From: Octopus bimaculoides
Taxonomy: Eukaryota
Direction of reading: 5' to 3'
NCBI RefSeq assembly: GCF_001194135.2
Contig: NC_068991.1
Location: forward strand, 22,856,172-22,895,914
Length of the DNA stretch: 39,743 nt
The notes below the pieces were generated by a model. That model was not told the DNA's origin, searched no databases, and saw nothing but the letters and a program-made list of their open reading frames with translations. The position numbers and the translations under genes are program-made. Below, in pieces: positions 11,141 through 22,304 of the stretch (position 1 is its first letter; each line of letters begins with the position of its first letter).

Positions 11141-12180
11141 GTAAATCTTAAAACGGTGACCTCATGTTTTAAGCCATAAATCTTAAAATGGTAACCACAT
11201 TTTAAGTCTGAAGCTTCTGAACATGTTTCATTATGTGATTATAAAAAGAAATAAATGTGAATATCATACATGAGTTTTTAGTATTTTTACTAAAGCAGAT
11301 ATATCTACTCAAAATTTCATTATATTTAAGTATGGAAAGCATATCAATCTATCTTTTTTGAAGAATATCGTGCTTGAAACTATTTTTTGAGGTTTTTTCT
11401 GCAGAGTCCATCAAATCCAATCTTCACATGCATAGGTAAGCAAGCCTTTATATGCTAATTAACTCACAGCTTGGGCCCTGGCAGTTGCTACTACTCTGGG
11501 TCAGAGTAGACCTGAGAACCATAGTGGATAATAGGTGGTTCCACACTCCTCAAAACATTGGAACTCTTGAACCAGGGCCCCACTACTGGATGCAGCTTAA
11601 AGTCATACCCAGAGCATACTACCTAAAATACATTGTAAAACACAGTGGACTTGAATTCAAAATATTTGAATAATCTTTTCATTTAGAACTTGTACCATAT
11701 CTGCATGGCAGTTCATTTTTATGTACAAATTCCAAAGGGATGGAAGTTTTAAAAGTTACCCAAGGAACTGGATAAGTACTGTGAACAGCCATAATAACAT
11801 GAAGATCAAAGACACATTGTATGACATAGTCATAAATAAGTACCCCCCTCCCTGCCACCAACCAAAAAAAAAAAGAGAGAAAGAAAGAAACTGGTCAATA
11901 CAGAAATACTTTTTCATTACAGGTCTGTTCAATGAGATGGGACTAAACAACAACAATAACAACACAAGAACAAAGCCAACAATACCAACAACAATAACCA
12001 AAGGTTCACAAATTGTGAAAGACAATTTGAAAAAGAGACTCAAACTACAACAACAACACCAACACCAATAATGATGGAGAAAAGCAGAAAACTGAAGGAA
12101 AAAAATTATAGATTGAAAGAAGAAACAACAAGAACAACATTAGTAATAATAATAATGATGATGATAATAATAATAATAAT

Positions 12181-12222
<42 letters not shown>

Positions 12223-13193
12223 CCTTCCTACTAAAAGTACAAGTACTGAAATTTGGGGGTGGATGAGCAGGTCAATTACATCAATCCTCAGTACTTGACT
12301 GGTATTTAATTTATCGACTCTGAAAAGATGAAAGGCAAAGTCGACCTTGGCAGAATTTGAATTCAGAACATAAAAGACAGGTGGAATGCCACTAAGAATT
12401 TTGTCTGGCACAGTAATGATTCTGCCAGCTCACTACCTTAATAGTGATAGTAATTGTACTACTAATAATAATATTGGTTTTAATCTTGGGCACAAGGCCA
12501 ACAACTTTGGGGGAGGGGTAAGTTGATTACATCGATCCCAGTGCTCAACTCGTACTTATTTTATTGACTCCAAAGGGATAAAAGGCAAAGTCTGCCTTGG
12601 TGGAATTTGAATTCAAAATCATGAAGACAAATTGCTCAAAGTCTACCTCAGCTAAATTTGAACTCAGATCATAATGATGGGCTGTTAAGCATTTTGTTCG
12701 GTGTGCTAATGATTCTGTGCAATCGCTGCCTTAATAATCCTACTATAGGCACAAGGACTAGAATTTTCATGAGGAGAAGGGACTGGTCAATTACACTGAC
12801 CCCAGTGCTTAACTGGTACTTATTTCATTGGCTCTGAAAAAATTAAAGCCTAAGTCAACCTCAGTGGAACTTGAACTCAAAATGTAGAGAGCAAGAAGAA
12901 ATGCAGCTAAGCATTTTATCCAATGTGTTAATGATTCTGCCAACTTGCTGCCATAACAACAACAACGATGATGATGATGATGATGATAATAGTTTCAAAT
13001 TTTGCCACAAGGACAGCAATTTTGGGGAAAGGGATGAGTCAATTACAATGACCCAGTATTCAACTGGTACTTATTCTATCAACCCCATAAGGATGAAAGG
13101 CAAAGTTGGCCTCGATGGAATTTGAACTCAGAACATAAAGACAGATGAAATGCATTTTGTATGGCATGCTAATGATTCTTCCAGCTTGCCACC

Positions 13194-13225
<32 letters not shown>

Positions 13226-13667
13226 TTCTAATTTTGGCACAAGGCTAGCAATTTAGGGGGCTGGGGTAAGTCGATTACATCAACCCCAGTGATCAACTGG
13301 TATTTATTTAATCAACCCTCAAAAGGCTGATAGGTAAAGTCAACCTTGGTGGAATCTGAACTCAGAACAAAAAGGTGACAATATGCCACTAAGCATTTGC
13401 TTGGCATAATAACAATTCTTGCAGCTCGCCACCCTAATAATAATAATAATAATCCTTTATACAAAAGGCACAAAGCCTGAAATTTTGGGGGAGGGAACTA
13501 GTCGATTACATCAACCCCAGTGTTTCACTGGTACTTAATTTATCAACCCTGAAAAGATGAAAGGCAAAGTTGACCTCAGAGGAATTTGAACTCAGAATGT
13601 AGCAATCGGTGAAATACCACTAATCATCTTGCTTGGCGTGACAACAATTTTGCCAGCTCACTGCCCT
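12223..13667 (-). repeat. Head-to-tail array of six ~210-bp tRNA-like SINEs joined by (ATT)n-type tails
   Basis: Units about 12223-12439, 12473-12732, 12739-12954, 12991-13195, 13225-13435, 13454-13667; each has head aagg.g..gagctggcagaat and core gttcaaattc..c.gaggtc.actttgcctttcatc...gataaaataagtaccag; flanked by (AAT)n at 12143-12222 and 13670-13702. Confidence 0.92.
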
Positions 13668-13669
13668 AA

Positions 13670-13705
<36 letters not shown>

Positions 13706-14121
13706 TAAGTAAAAAAAAAATTTTAAAAAGACAAAGAAAAAACAAAGCAAAGAAGAAACCAGCAAGCCACCATCAGAAACCAACAAACTTTTAAAAAAAT
13801 CTGCAAAACATAACAAACAAAACAAAACAAAACAAACTCAAAATAACTGGTGAAGGTGAAAGAGGTGGAAGATAGGTATAAAAACAAACAATGAAAACTA
13901 AACAGAACAGAGAGGATATCCTCCATACCATGCTACCACTACATCACTGTTCAGCAAGGGATGAAGAGAGCATGCAGTGGCTTGGTAATTACTACTGCCA
14001 CCTCCCCAATTCCCTTAGTTGCATTTTAAGACATTCATTCAAGAAATTTTTAAAAAAATAATAATAATAAAACAAAAATGCAAAGAGAAAGAGAGAAAAT
14101 ATTGAGTAGAGAAGTGCTCAC

Positions 14122-14185
14122 ATTGCTCTAATGGGTTAGTAAGACCACTACCAGTCCAGTCAAACTGCACAGGTGGAATATCAAC
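14122..14185 (-). CDS. AFTPH: Internal coding exon of aftiphilin (64 nt, phase 0 to phase 1)
   Basis: Acceptor tgtttctctttactgatttcag|, donor |gtgagc; reads VDIPPVQFDWTGSGLTNPLEQ, matching human aftiphilin PPVQFDWSSSGLTNPL as I recall it (14/16 identical). Other exons not recognised. Confidence 0.85.
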
Positions 14186-14786
14186 CTGAAATCAGTAAAG
14201 AGAAACAGCAATAGCTGACAGATCATTAAGCAAAAGGAGGAATTCACAAGGGAGGTCTGCAAAGATATGGCAAGTTGTGCCCAGTGTGGCTCTGTGATAT
14301 TCGGTGGGAGATGCAGCTGAATGACTAGTAAGGGATCAGGTCCTATGAGGGAGTGAACCACTGAGTGCACAGAAATGAAGAAAGATCAAATTAGGAAAGA
14401 TTATAGAAAGAAAGAAAAAAAAGAAAAAGAAAAAAGCCTGAAAATAATCAAAGAAATAACTTGAAAGATGTAAATTGACTCATGCATATAAATGTGATAC
14501 ACACATACAAAACACACTCACTATCACAGATAAACAAGTGGGTTTACATAGACAAACGTAATTATGTGCATGTGTGTGTACATATATGTACACACATACA
14601 TACACATATATACATACACATACCCACATATACATGCACACACACACACACACACAAGACTTTACAAGTGTAGCCTAAAATAGAAAACCGTTCACAAAAA
14701 TATATACAAAACCAAAACACAGACCTTCAAATATACTAATAAACTCATACAGATGAAAAAGATTATTGTAGAATCACAACTAGATA

Positions 14787-14817
<31 letters not shown>

Positions 14818-15470
14818 GATACATAGTGGCACGTTAACATATCTGAATGTTAAGGTTGGTAAAATGAGGGCATCTGTTTTATAGGAAGTGTAGATGAAAA
14901 TAATGTACCTATATCAAGACAATAAACACAACACCAGCTACACCTGTAACTAGATATTGAATCCTGTGTAGATATAAAGTCATGTAAAATATTTAGAATG
15001 AAAGAATATCTGTAGAGCCTTCTTTACAAGGGAAAATACAGAAATGAAATGAAAAATTCATATATAATAAAAAGAAATTAAAGGATTAGAATTCAGAAAT
15101 TACTGTATGAATTTTTTTCATTACAGAAATTGGATGGCCACATAGTGAATGGCTTTAGAATTCAGCATCATACGAGAGAAACTGCAATAAACTGGTAGTG
15201 CTATATTCTGGAGAGTGAGATGTCAGAGGTGAGAGTGACTGAGATATCTTAGTGTGAAAAATGAAAACATTGCCATATTCCTCAATTGGTTCTTGGGTCT
15301 TATCAGAAGACTTGTTTTCTTTTAGTGTGTTGAGGAGCAAATCAACTTGATGGAGACTGTTGGGAATCACAAGTAAAAATAGTAAGCAAAATGAAAAGGG
15401 CAGCACTTGGGATTGAACAGGATTTGCAGATTTGGTCTAATAGGAGTTTACAACCATAACACAGCTTTTG

Positions 15471-15473
<3 letters not shown>

Positions 15474-15558
<85 letters not shown>
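15474..15558. repeat. (GT)n microsatellite
   Basis: Directly visible; source of CVCV/HTHT ORFs. Confidence 0.98.
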
Positions 15559-15560
<2 letters not shown>

Positions 15561-15574
15561 ACAGGCACGGTTTT

Positions 15575-15750
15575 GTTGTTGTTTAACCCAAGGTCAGTTC
15601 TGGCTGAGCAGCCCAATGATGAAAGACACTCCAACTATAAAGATCCAGTTGCTTTGTATATTAGGGACTGCATGGTCCAATGGATCCTTTAAGATAGTAT
15701 GATGTGATCTGGGAGAATTTTAGCTGGTGCTCTCAGCCAATTACATAGAG
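15575..15750 (+). repeat. Unclassified ~200-bp dispersed repeat, copy 1
   Basis: Shares tttaaccc..ggtcag..ctg...agcag.c..atga ... tccaatg..tcc.tt.taagat.gta...tgtga....gggaga.tt.gctg with copies at 16028, 17860, 18805. Confidence 0.55.
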
Positions 15751-16027
15751 ATTCCCTTATTATTTCAGAGGTAAATTTTTGAACAAGACCTTTAAAGACC
15801 AAGGCAAAGAAGGGTTCCATGCCAACAGGGGCCAAACACGAGAAAGGTGGTCCTAAGAAGTAGGCAAAAACTTGTAAGAAAGGCTCTGGGCCCAGTGTCA
15901 CCAAATGCAGATGTTGTTTGGCCTTAGGTTACTTTTATTAGAGCAGGCAGACATTAAAGTGCATTCCAGCCATGGCCATACCATCTTCTGAAATCCTGTG
16001 CCCAAACAAGAATATTCAACATTTTTT

Positions 16028-16210
16028 TTTAGCCCTAACTCAGCTCTATAATCAAAGCTGTTGCAAACATGACCATCTCATCTTTAAATCAGGCATAGTT
16101 TATATAGAGCTATATTATGAAATATATCCTTCCGTTTTCTTTTTAAGATGTTAGGGAGTGACTTAAGGGAGATTTGACTGCTATTTCTAGCAGGTTGAGT
16201 GACCAGACAG
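16028..16210 (+). repeat. Unclassified ~200-bp dispersed repeat, copy 2
   Basis: ttagccctaactcagctct...ttttaagatgttagggagtgacttaagggagatttgactgctatttctagcaggttgagtgacc. Confidence 0.55.
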
Positions 16211-17197
16211 CACCTCCCCCATGTTGGCTTGTATACATGATATAATATATATATAGTGATGCTGAAATTAAATATTTCTGGTTACCTCTGAAATAAATAA
16301 GATCCATCACACTTTAGTAGCTTAGCAAATGCTTAGAGATTACATACAGTGTGACTAAGCAACAGGCTTTAGTCATTTTCTAGAACACTCTGAGACATAC
16401 TCCACCATTCAATGGTTGACTGCACAAGATGCAGAATGATAGATGGTTGCAATAATCTTGCAATCCAGCTTGTATATGACTAAAAGGGCATAGGTATAGC
16501 CACAGTATATCTGTCTCCTAACCTACCTACCAAACTGTTTACCTACTTATCTATCTACCTATCTAGTAATCTCTGCCAGTTGATATAACATTATTGAGAT
16601 ATTCACCTGTTACAGTAACTTTGCTGATGAGAGAAAATATTGAAATGACAAAAAGTATTATAAACACACACACATATGATTTTGCTTAGACGTAGCAATA
16701 TTAAATCAGTTGTTAGAACTCAATATACGTATGCTTTAGAGTAAGGCTTCAGGTGAGAACAGAGAATAATATCAGTTAATGAATGACATAAGAACATTAG
16801 TTACATAATCCCTTTCATTAGCTTACAGCTGTTTCTGTTATTAGAAACATTGCACTCAGAAGATTACATAACTCCTATTCTTTTGTCATTTATTTATATA
16901 TATTTTCACATGCACATGCATATAGTCATGTCATACAGTGATGTTGATATATTTTGTTGTGATGTAGAGTGTGATACTATTCCACATGTGTTGGGTGATA
17001 TCAGTGTGTGTGTGTATGTGTGTGTGTGTGCATGCATGTAATATGGCATTGTAGCAATGGTAAAGTAATGCAGTTTTGCACAAACTCGTGTCAGAAAATG
17101 AAATATCATGCTATACTAACAAGGACAGCACCTACTGCTTAATCCAGAGCATTTAGATTTAAAAATTATAATAAAATTTGTGTTTTATTTTTATTCA

Positions 17198-17242
<45 letters not shown>

Positions 17243-17859
17243 TAAGCATGCTTTGCATTAATGCAGGAAACACCATTGCATACATGTTAGACATGATATA
17301 AAGTGTGGTATATAAATATATAATGATGTGATAGCTTTACACATGCATATCAGTGCAATATAATCAGAGATATTGTGATCAAAATTACATAATAGCACAT
17401 TATCACATAATATGACCCAGTGTAATGTTGAGGCATATCAGCTAAACAAATTTTGTCAGACCATGACAAAAGAATTATATTTTACTGTTTAGCTATTCTG
17501 TCTATGACCAAGACAGAGAAAACTTGGCACAGCATCACAATAGGTACAGCTCCACACTGTAAGAATTGAGAATATTGTACAATTAACATTTTACTAGACT
17601 TCAGTGCTCAATAAAAGCAACAGGAAGTTAATCTAGTATTGAGCCTCACATTTAAGAATCCCCCAGTTGCTTCATTTAGCCTTAGCATTGAATGAATCCA
17701 GGCTCTCAATCTGGCTTACATGATCTATTATTGTGATGACTGGAGTGCAACAACCCTTCTCATGTTCACTGATACTATGCAAGCCTTTACCTCTATGCAT
17801 TTATTGCATACAAATACATGGTATTCCTCAGACTAATGGAAGAGTCTATTTACAGTCAG

Positions 17860-18040
17860 CTTTTAGGGATAGTACCCAAATTTCCTTCAAGCCACACCCT
17901 GACATATTTTTTTAAAAGGACATATTGGATAATGTAGTCGATGGTACATTTTGCCTGAAAAGAAGTTGGGATGGTCATGGCCTGAATGTCTTTGATAATA
18001 GGTCTGATGAATTAGGGTAAAATTGGAGCTAAACAGAAAC
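17860..18040 (-). repeat. Unclassified ~200-bp dispersed repeat, inverted copy
   Basis: aaatttccttcaagccacaccc...aaaaggacatattggataatgtagtc...gggatggtcatggc..gaatgtctttgat.ataggtctg. Confidence 0.55.
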
Positions 18041-18274
18041 ATCATGGTAGTCAGCTATGATATCAGTGCTGAGTCAATACACAATATACTCTCCAACACA
18101 CTCATCCTTAAATCCACAAATACATACATACATATTCTTGTACCATTATTGATTTAAACACTCAACCTACGTGCAGCAAATTGCATCATGCACCATGAAC
18201 AGTCTCAAGCAGGCATTTACAGCATATTTAATTATGTAGAACAGATGATGCTGTACATAATTAAATAATAATTG

Positions 18275-18715
18275 GTAAGCATGTGCAACATTCCCAAGTA
18301 AGTGCAGTAAATTCTGGTTAGTACAGTATACTTATACTTGTAAGCAGTAAACACAGGAATGTGCAGTAGAGTTGGACAGATAAAGCAAACTTGAGTGTGT
18401 GCAGTGAACTTAAATGGTATGTGCAACTCATATGAGCAGTAGAGTAGAGCATGTGCAATAAAGTGAAATGTGCAACTGAGCCAGAACTGTTTAACACACT
18501 AATGTGTACAGCATAGTTAAGCAAGTGCAACAAATGTGTGCAATAGAGTTAAATATGTGCAACAGACTGATGCATGCACTTGAGTTAAGCATGCACAGCA
18601 AATTAATATGTAAGGTGCAGGTAAATGTTTTCAACAAAATCTGATATGTGTAGTCAAGTTGTGCATGTACAATAGACTGAGACATGCAGTGCAGTTAAAT
18701 ATATACAACAGATTG
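18275..18715. repeat. Degenerate minisatellite rich in atgtgcaa/gtgcag motifs
   Basis: atgtgcaa, gtgcag and agtt(a/g)aa recur at roughly 20-bp intervals; period not strictly conserved. Confidence 0.5.
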
Positions 18716-18804
18716 ATATATATATATATATATAAAACTCTTTTACACTTTCACACCCATACATTTGCAACTTTAGAAGCATTTAACTCAGGTAATTGAT
18801 ACTG

Positions 18805-18935
18805 TTGTTCAGCTCAGGGTCAGCTCTAATCAAGCAGATCTATGAGCAAAAGAATCCCAACCATGACAGTCTCTCCTTTTTTTCTCAGGCAATGTGACTG
18901 AGGATCACATTATTCAATGTGTCCTTTTTTTATGA
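18805..18935 (+). repeat. Unclassified ~200-bp dispersed repeat, partial copy
   Basis: gttcagctcagggtcagctctaatcaagcagatctatgagcaaaag.atcccaaccatgaca...cacattattcaatgtgtcctttttt. Confidence 0.55.
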
Positions 18936-19104
18936 CAGTACAGTGGAGCATCAAAGCACTATTAACGCATAATGACAAATTATCACCACAGCCATTACCC
19001 ACATTTCCACCACATAAAATTCCACAGTTAACTGCCAAAGGTAAATGAATTTAACAATTTATGGTATCAGTTTCTTCATTTTCCACAAACTGTGATGTTA
19101 AATA

Positions 19105-20362
19105 CAGGGGTTGGACAAAATACTGGAAACACCAAGCATCATAGCATCATAATTTTGAAATATCTATAAAACTGTCAAAAGCTTGTTTATTTTTATGTTT
19201 TTTGATTCATTATTAGTGTTGCTTAATGTTTTGCTAAAATTGCTGTTTCTTTTCAGATATCAGAAAAAGGTAATTAAAATTCATTAAAATGACAGATCTA
19301 TCGGACATTCAAAGAGGTCAAATTGTCGGTGTTCATATGGCAGACACTAGCATAATGAAAACAGCCAAAATGTTTGGTGTATCAAGAAGTACTGTCTCGA
19401 AAGCAATGACAGCCTTTGAGAAAGAGGGAAAACCTCTTCGTCGAAACAAAAGTCCGGAAAACTTTCAGATAGGGACCATCTGACTTTTACACGAATTGTT
19501 AGAAAGGATCACAAAAGTACAGCTCCCAAAATTACTGCAGACCTTAATGACCACCTCGAGAATCTAGTTTCTACAAAAACTGTTCGCCAGGAGCTGCACA
19601 AAGCCAGATTTCACAAGAGGACTGCAATCAGAGAACCACTACTTTCAAAGACAAACGTTGCAAAGCATTTAGAGTGGAGTAAAAACCTACAGAATCGGTC
19701 CCTAGAGCAGTGGAAGAATGTTATTTTCTCAGACGAGTCATCCTTTACCTTATTTCCAACCACCGGTCAAGTATACGTGTGGAGACAGCCAAAAGAAGCA
19801 TTTGACCCAGACTGCATTCTTCCAGCTGTGAAACATGGAGGAGGATCTGTGATGATCTGGGGGACTATATCTTGGAAATGCGCTAGCCCAATGGTTTCCA
19901 TTCATGGCTGAATTAATAGTCAAGACTATTTAAGCATTTTATCTGATCAAATTTATCCTATGGTTGTGGAACTGTTTCCAAAGGGAAACGCAATCTTTCA
20001 GGATGATAATGCACCAATTCACACAGCTAAAGTTGTGACTGAATGGCACGAGGAACATTCTAGTGAAGTTGAACATCTTATCTGGCCACCACAGTCCCCA
20101 GATCTCAATATTACTGAACATTTATGGTGCATTTTAGAAAAACAAGGAAGGAGTCAATATCCTCCACCATCATCACTACAAGAACTGGAGACTGTTTTAG
20201 CTGAAGAATGAACGAAAATTCCTTTGGAAACAATTCAAACTTTGTACAAGTCCATACCTCATAGAATTCAAGCTGTAATTACTGCCAAAGGTGGTTCTAC
20301 CCCCTATTAAAATAAATTTGTTCGAAATTTTAAGGTGTTTCCATTATTTTGTTCAACCCTTG
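19105..20362 (+). mobile_element. Full-length Tc1-like transposon with DD36E spacing (Incomer-like); transposase pseudogene 19289-20310
   Basis: 29-bp TIRs caggggttggacaaaatactggaaacacc / ggtgtttccattattttgttcaacccttg (3 mismatches), TA both sides; MTDLSDIQRGQIVG..., VIFSDES, VKHGGGSVMIWG, FQDDNAPIH...WPPQSPDLNITE with 36 residues between D and E. One frameshift (~19430), TGA stops at ~19908 and 20209. Confidence 0.95.
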
Positions 20363-21626
20363 TAGTTCTGTAGAAAAGTATACATTCATTTTTTAGTTAT
20401 ATGATATTTACAGTATTTTTATAATTTGGTTACTGTTTATGATCAGCATATAATGTATATACTGCTAATATCATATACATACACAATGTCAAACTGCACT
20501 ATCAATTAACTTAAACATTAGTTAAAACTGACACTTATCCTTTCAAAAGTGTGGTTTATAAAGACATCACTATCTGCACACATACACACACACACACACA
20601 CACATACATACATATAGAGAGGAAGAGAGAGAAATATGTATGGCATGTATACACATGATCTAAATGATTATATTCTTCCCCAAAATGTCTGGCCTTTAGT
20701 CAAAATGAGAAACTATTATCATTAAGCAAACTAAACATTAATGTTATATAGGATGGACAATAAAATGAAATATTTAGTAGGGAGACAAGATTATGTCTTA
20801 CAGAATTAGTATTAAGTCACACATTCTGAGTTCAAATGTGGCTCATGTTATGTTCCCATTCATCTCTTCTTTGTTTTTAGTTCAAATCTCGCTTTGGTGA
20901 ACTTTATCTTTCATCCTTCTATTGTTGATGAACTTTTGTGTTATATTTCATTTGAAATGCATTGCCTTTGTTGCAATTAATTATGAAACTAATGAAGACC
21001 AGGAGTGGTCTCAAGTGGGTTGGTTTCAAAAGAGTTAAATAAAGTACCAGACAAGTACCAGGACCAATGTATATTCCTATAATGCATTCTAGATCTAAAC
21101 GGAGTAATATACAAAGATCCACACAATGAAGTCGATCCCTCTCCTCAGAGAAGTTGATCTCACATTTCAATCAAGCAAATCATTATGATAGCATTGTTGT
21201 TTCAGAAAAGATCATGATAATCAATTTTTTTGTTGAAGATATCATGTACATTATGTAATGTGGTCTTCATTTTTTGTTAATACAGCAGACTATAATTTGG
21301 TGAAAATTTTACAGCTATTTCTAGTGGGTACAAGCAAAGCTTTAAGGCAAGAATGTTAGAGCTATTGCCCTTTGATCGTGAATTAGGTCACACACAGACA
21401 CACACACAAGTGACTATGCGCAGTCACTTGAAAAGCTACAAATACAGCCAAATCTCCACGTGGATACACACCCTAATGTCTTATAAAAATAAAAGACAAA
21501 CTGAACAATGATATACAAAAAATTATCACGATATTATCACCATGATATACATTAAATTATCACAATATACAAATCTAATGTGACTGCTAAATACACTAAA
21601 TTTAAGATAGCATGTTTGCACTAGTA

Positions 21627-21627
<1 letters not shown>

Positions 21628-21657
<30 letters not shown>

Positions 21658-21682
21658 CACATACATACATGCATACATACAT
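21628..21682. repeat. (TACA)n microsatellite
   Basis: Directly visible. Confidence 0.9.
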
Positions 21683-22085
21683 ATTCTCATTTAATTACTA
21701 CATAATAAAATCACACAAAACAAAAATATCCCTAAAAAGGGAAATTACCTGAAGCAAACACACACATACAATAGAAGTACACACACACACACACACTACT
21801 CATACTGAAATAATACAGAACAAAAAGTAGAAATGATTCTCACATTATCACACAATATCTAAAGCATTCTGGAGCTTCATTTACGATATATAAATTAATA
21901 ACATGTACTAGTCTTATAACTGAAGTAAAAAGACTCAAGGAAAATGTATGGTCATCTAACATTAGAATACTAGGCATTTACTGAATTAATACATTATATA
22001 TAACTAGATTTTTTTAAATAGTTTCATAAATCATCAGGACCATCAACCTCATCTTTCATGTTTTGTGTTTATGCTTTAACATTAA

Positions 22086-22304
22086 TCCTTTTGTTACCAT
22101 ATTTCTGTTGTAATACACTGATTTTTTAAAAGAAATAACTTCAAAAATAATGAAAAATATAGTAAAATAACTTTGTCATTATTAAGCTGATGGAATATAA
22201 CTAACATGAAATTTCAATAGGAAGATTTAATTTATGTCACTTCAAAATGGAAAGGCTGTACCGTAAAATCAAAGGCAGTCACAGACAGTTTGGTATCAAA
22301 AGGG
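22086..22304. mobile_element. piggyBac-type MITE, family 1, copy 2 (inverted relative to 10926)
   Basis: ttaa|tccttttgttacca ... tggtatcaaaaggg|ttga; reverse complement aligns along the length with 10926-11140 (e.g. cagcttaataatgacaaag). Confidence 0.7.

Noticed and set aside
11721-12298. ORFs with N/T/Q/I runs and a + strand acceptor at 11922
   Set aside because: Driven by (AAC)n/(AAT)n low complexity; no recognisable homology; antisense to the aftiphilin exon.
12223-13667. CRISPR-like repeat-spacer array
   Set aside because: Repeats are ~210-bp diverged SINEs and the spacers are microsatellites; no cas genes; eukaryotic context.
15790-15865. Lys/Gly-rich peptide LKTKAKKGSMPTGAKHEKGGPKK* reminiscent of small basic proteins
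   Set aside because: Upstream in-frame stop, no suitable splice site, only compositional similarity.
16691-16741. 51-nt + strand exon candidate (RSNIKSVVRTQYTYAL)
   Set aside because: No homology and no partner exons on that strand.
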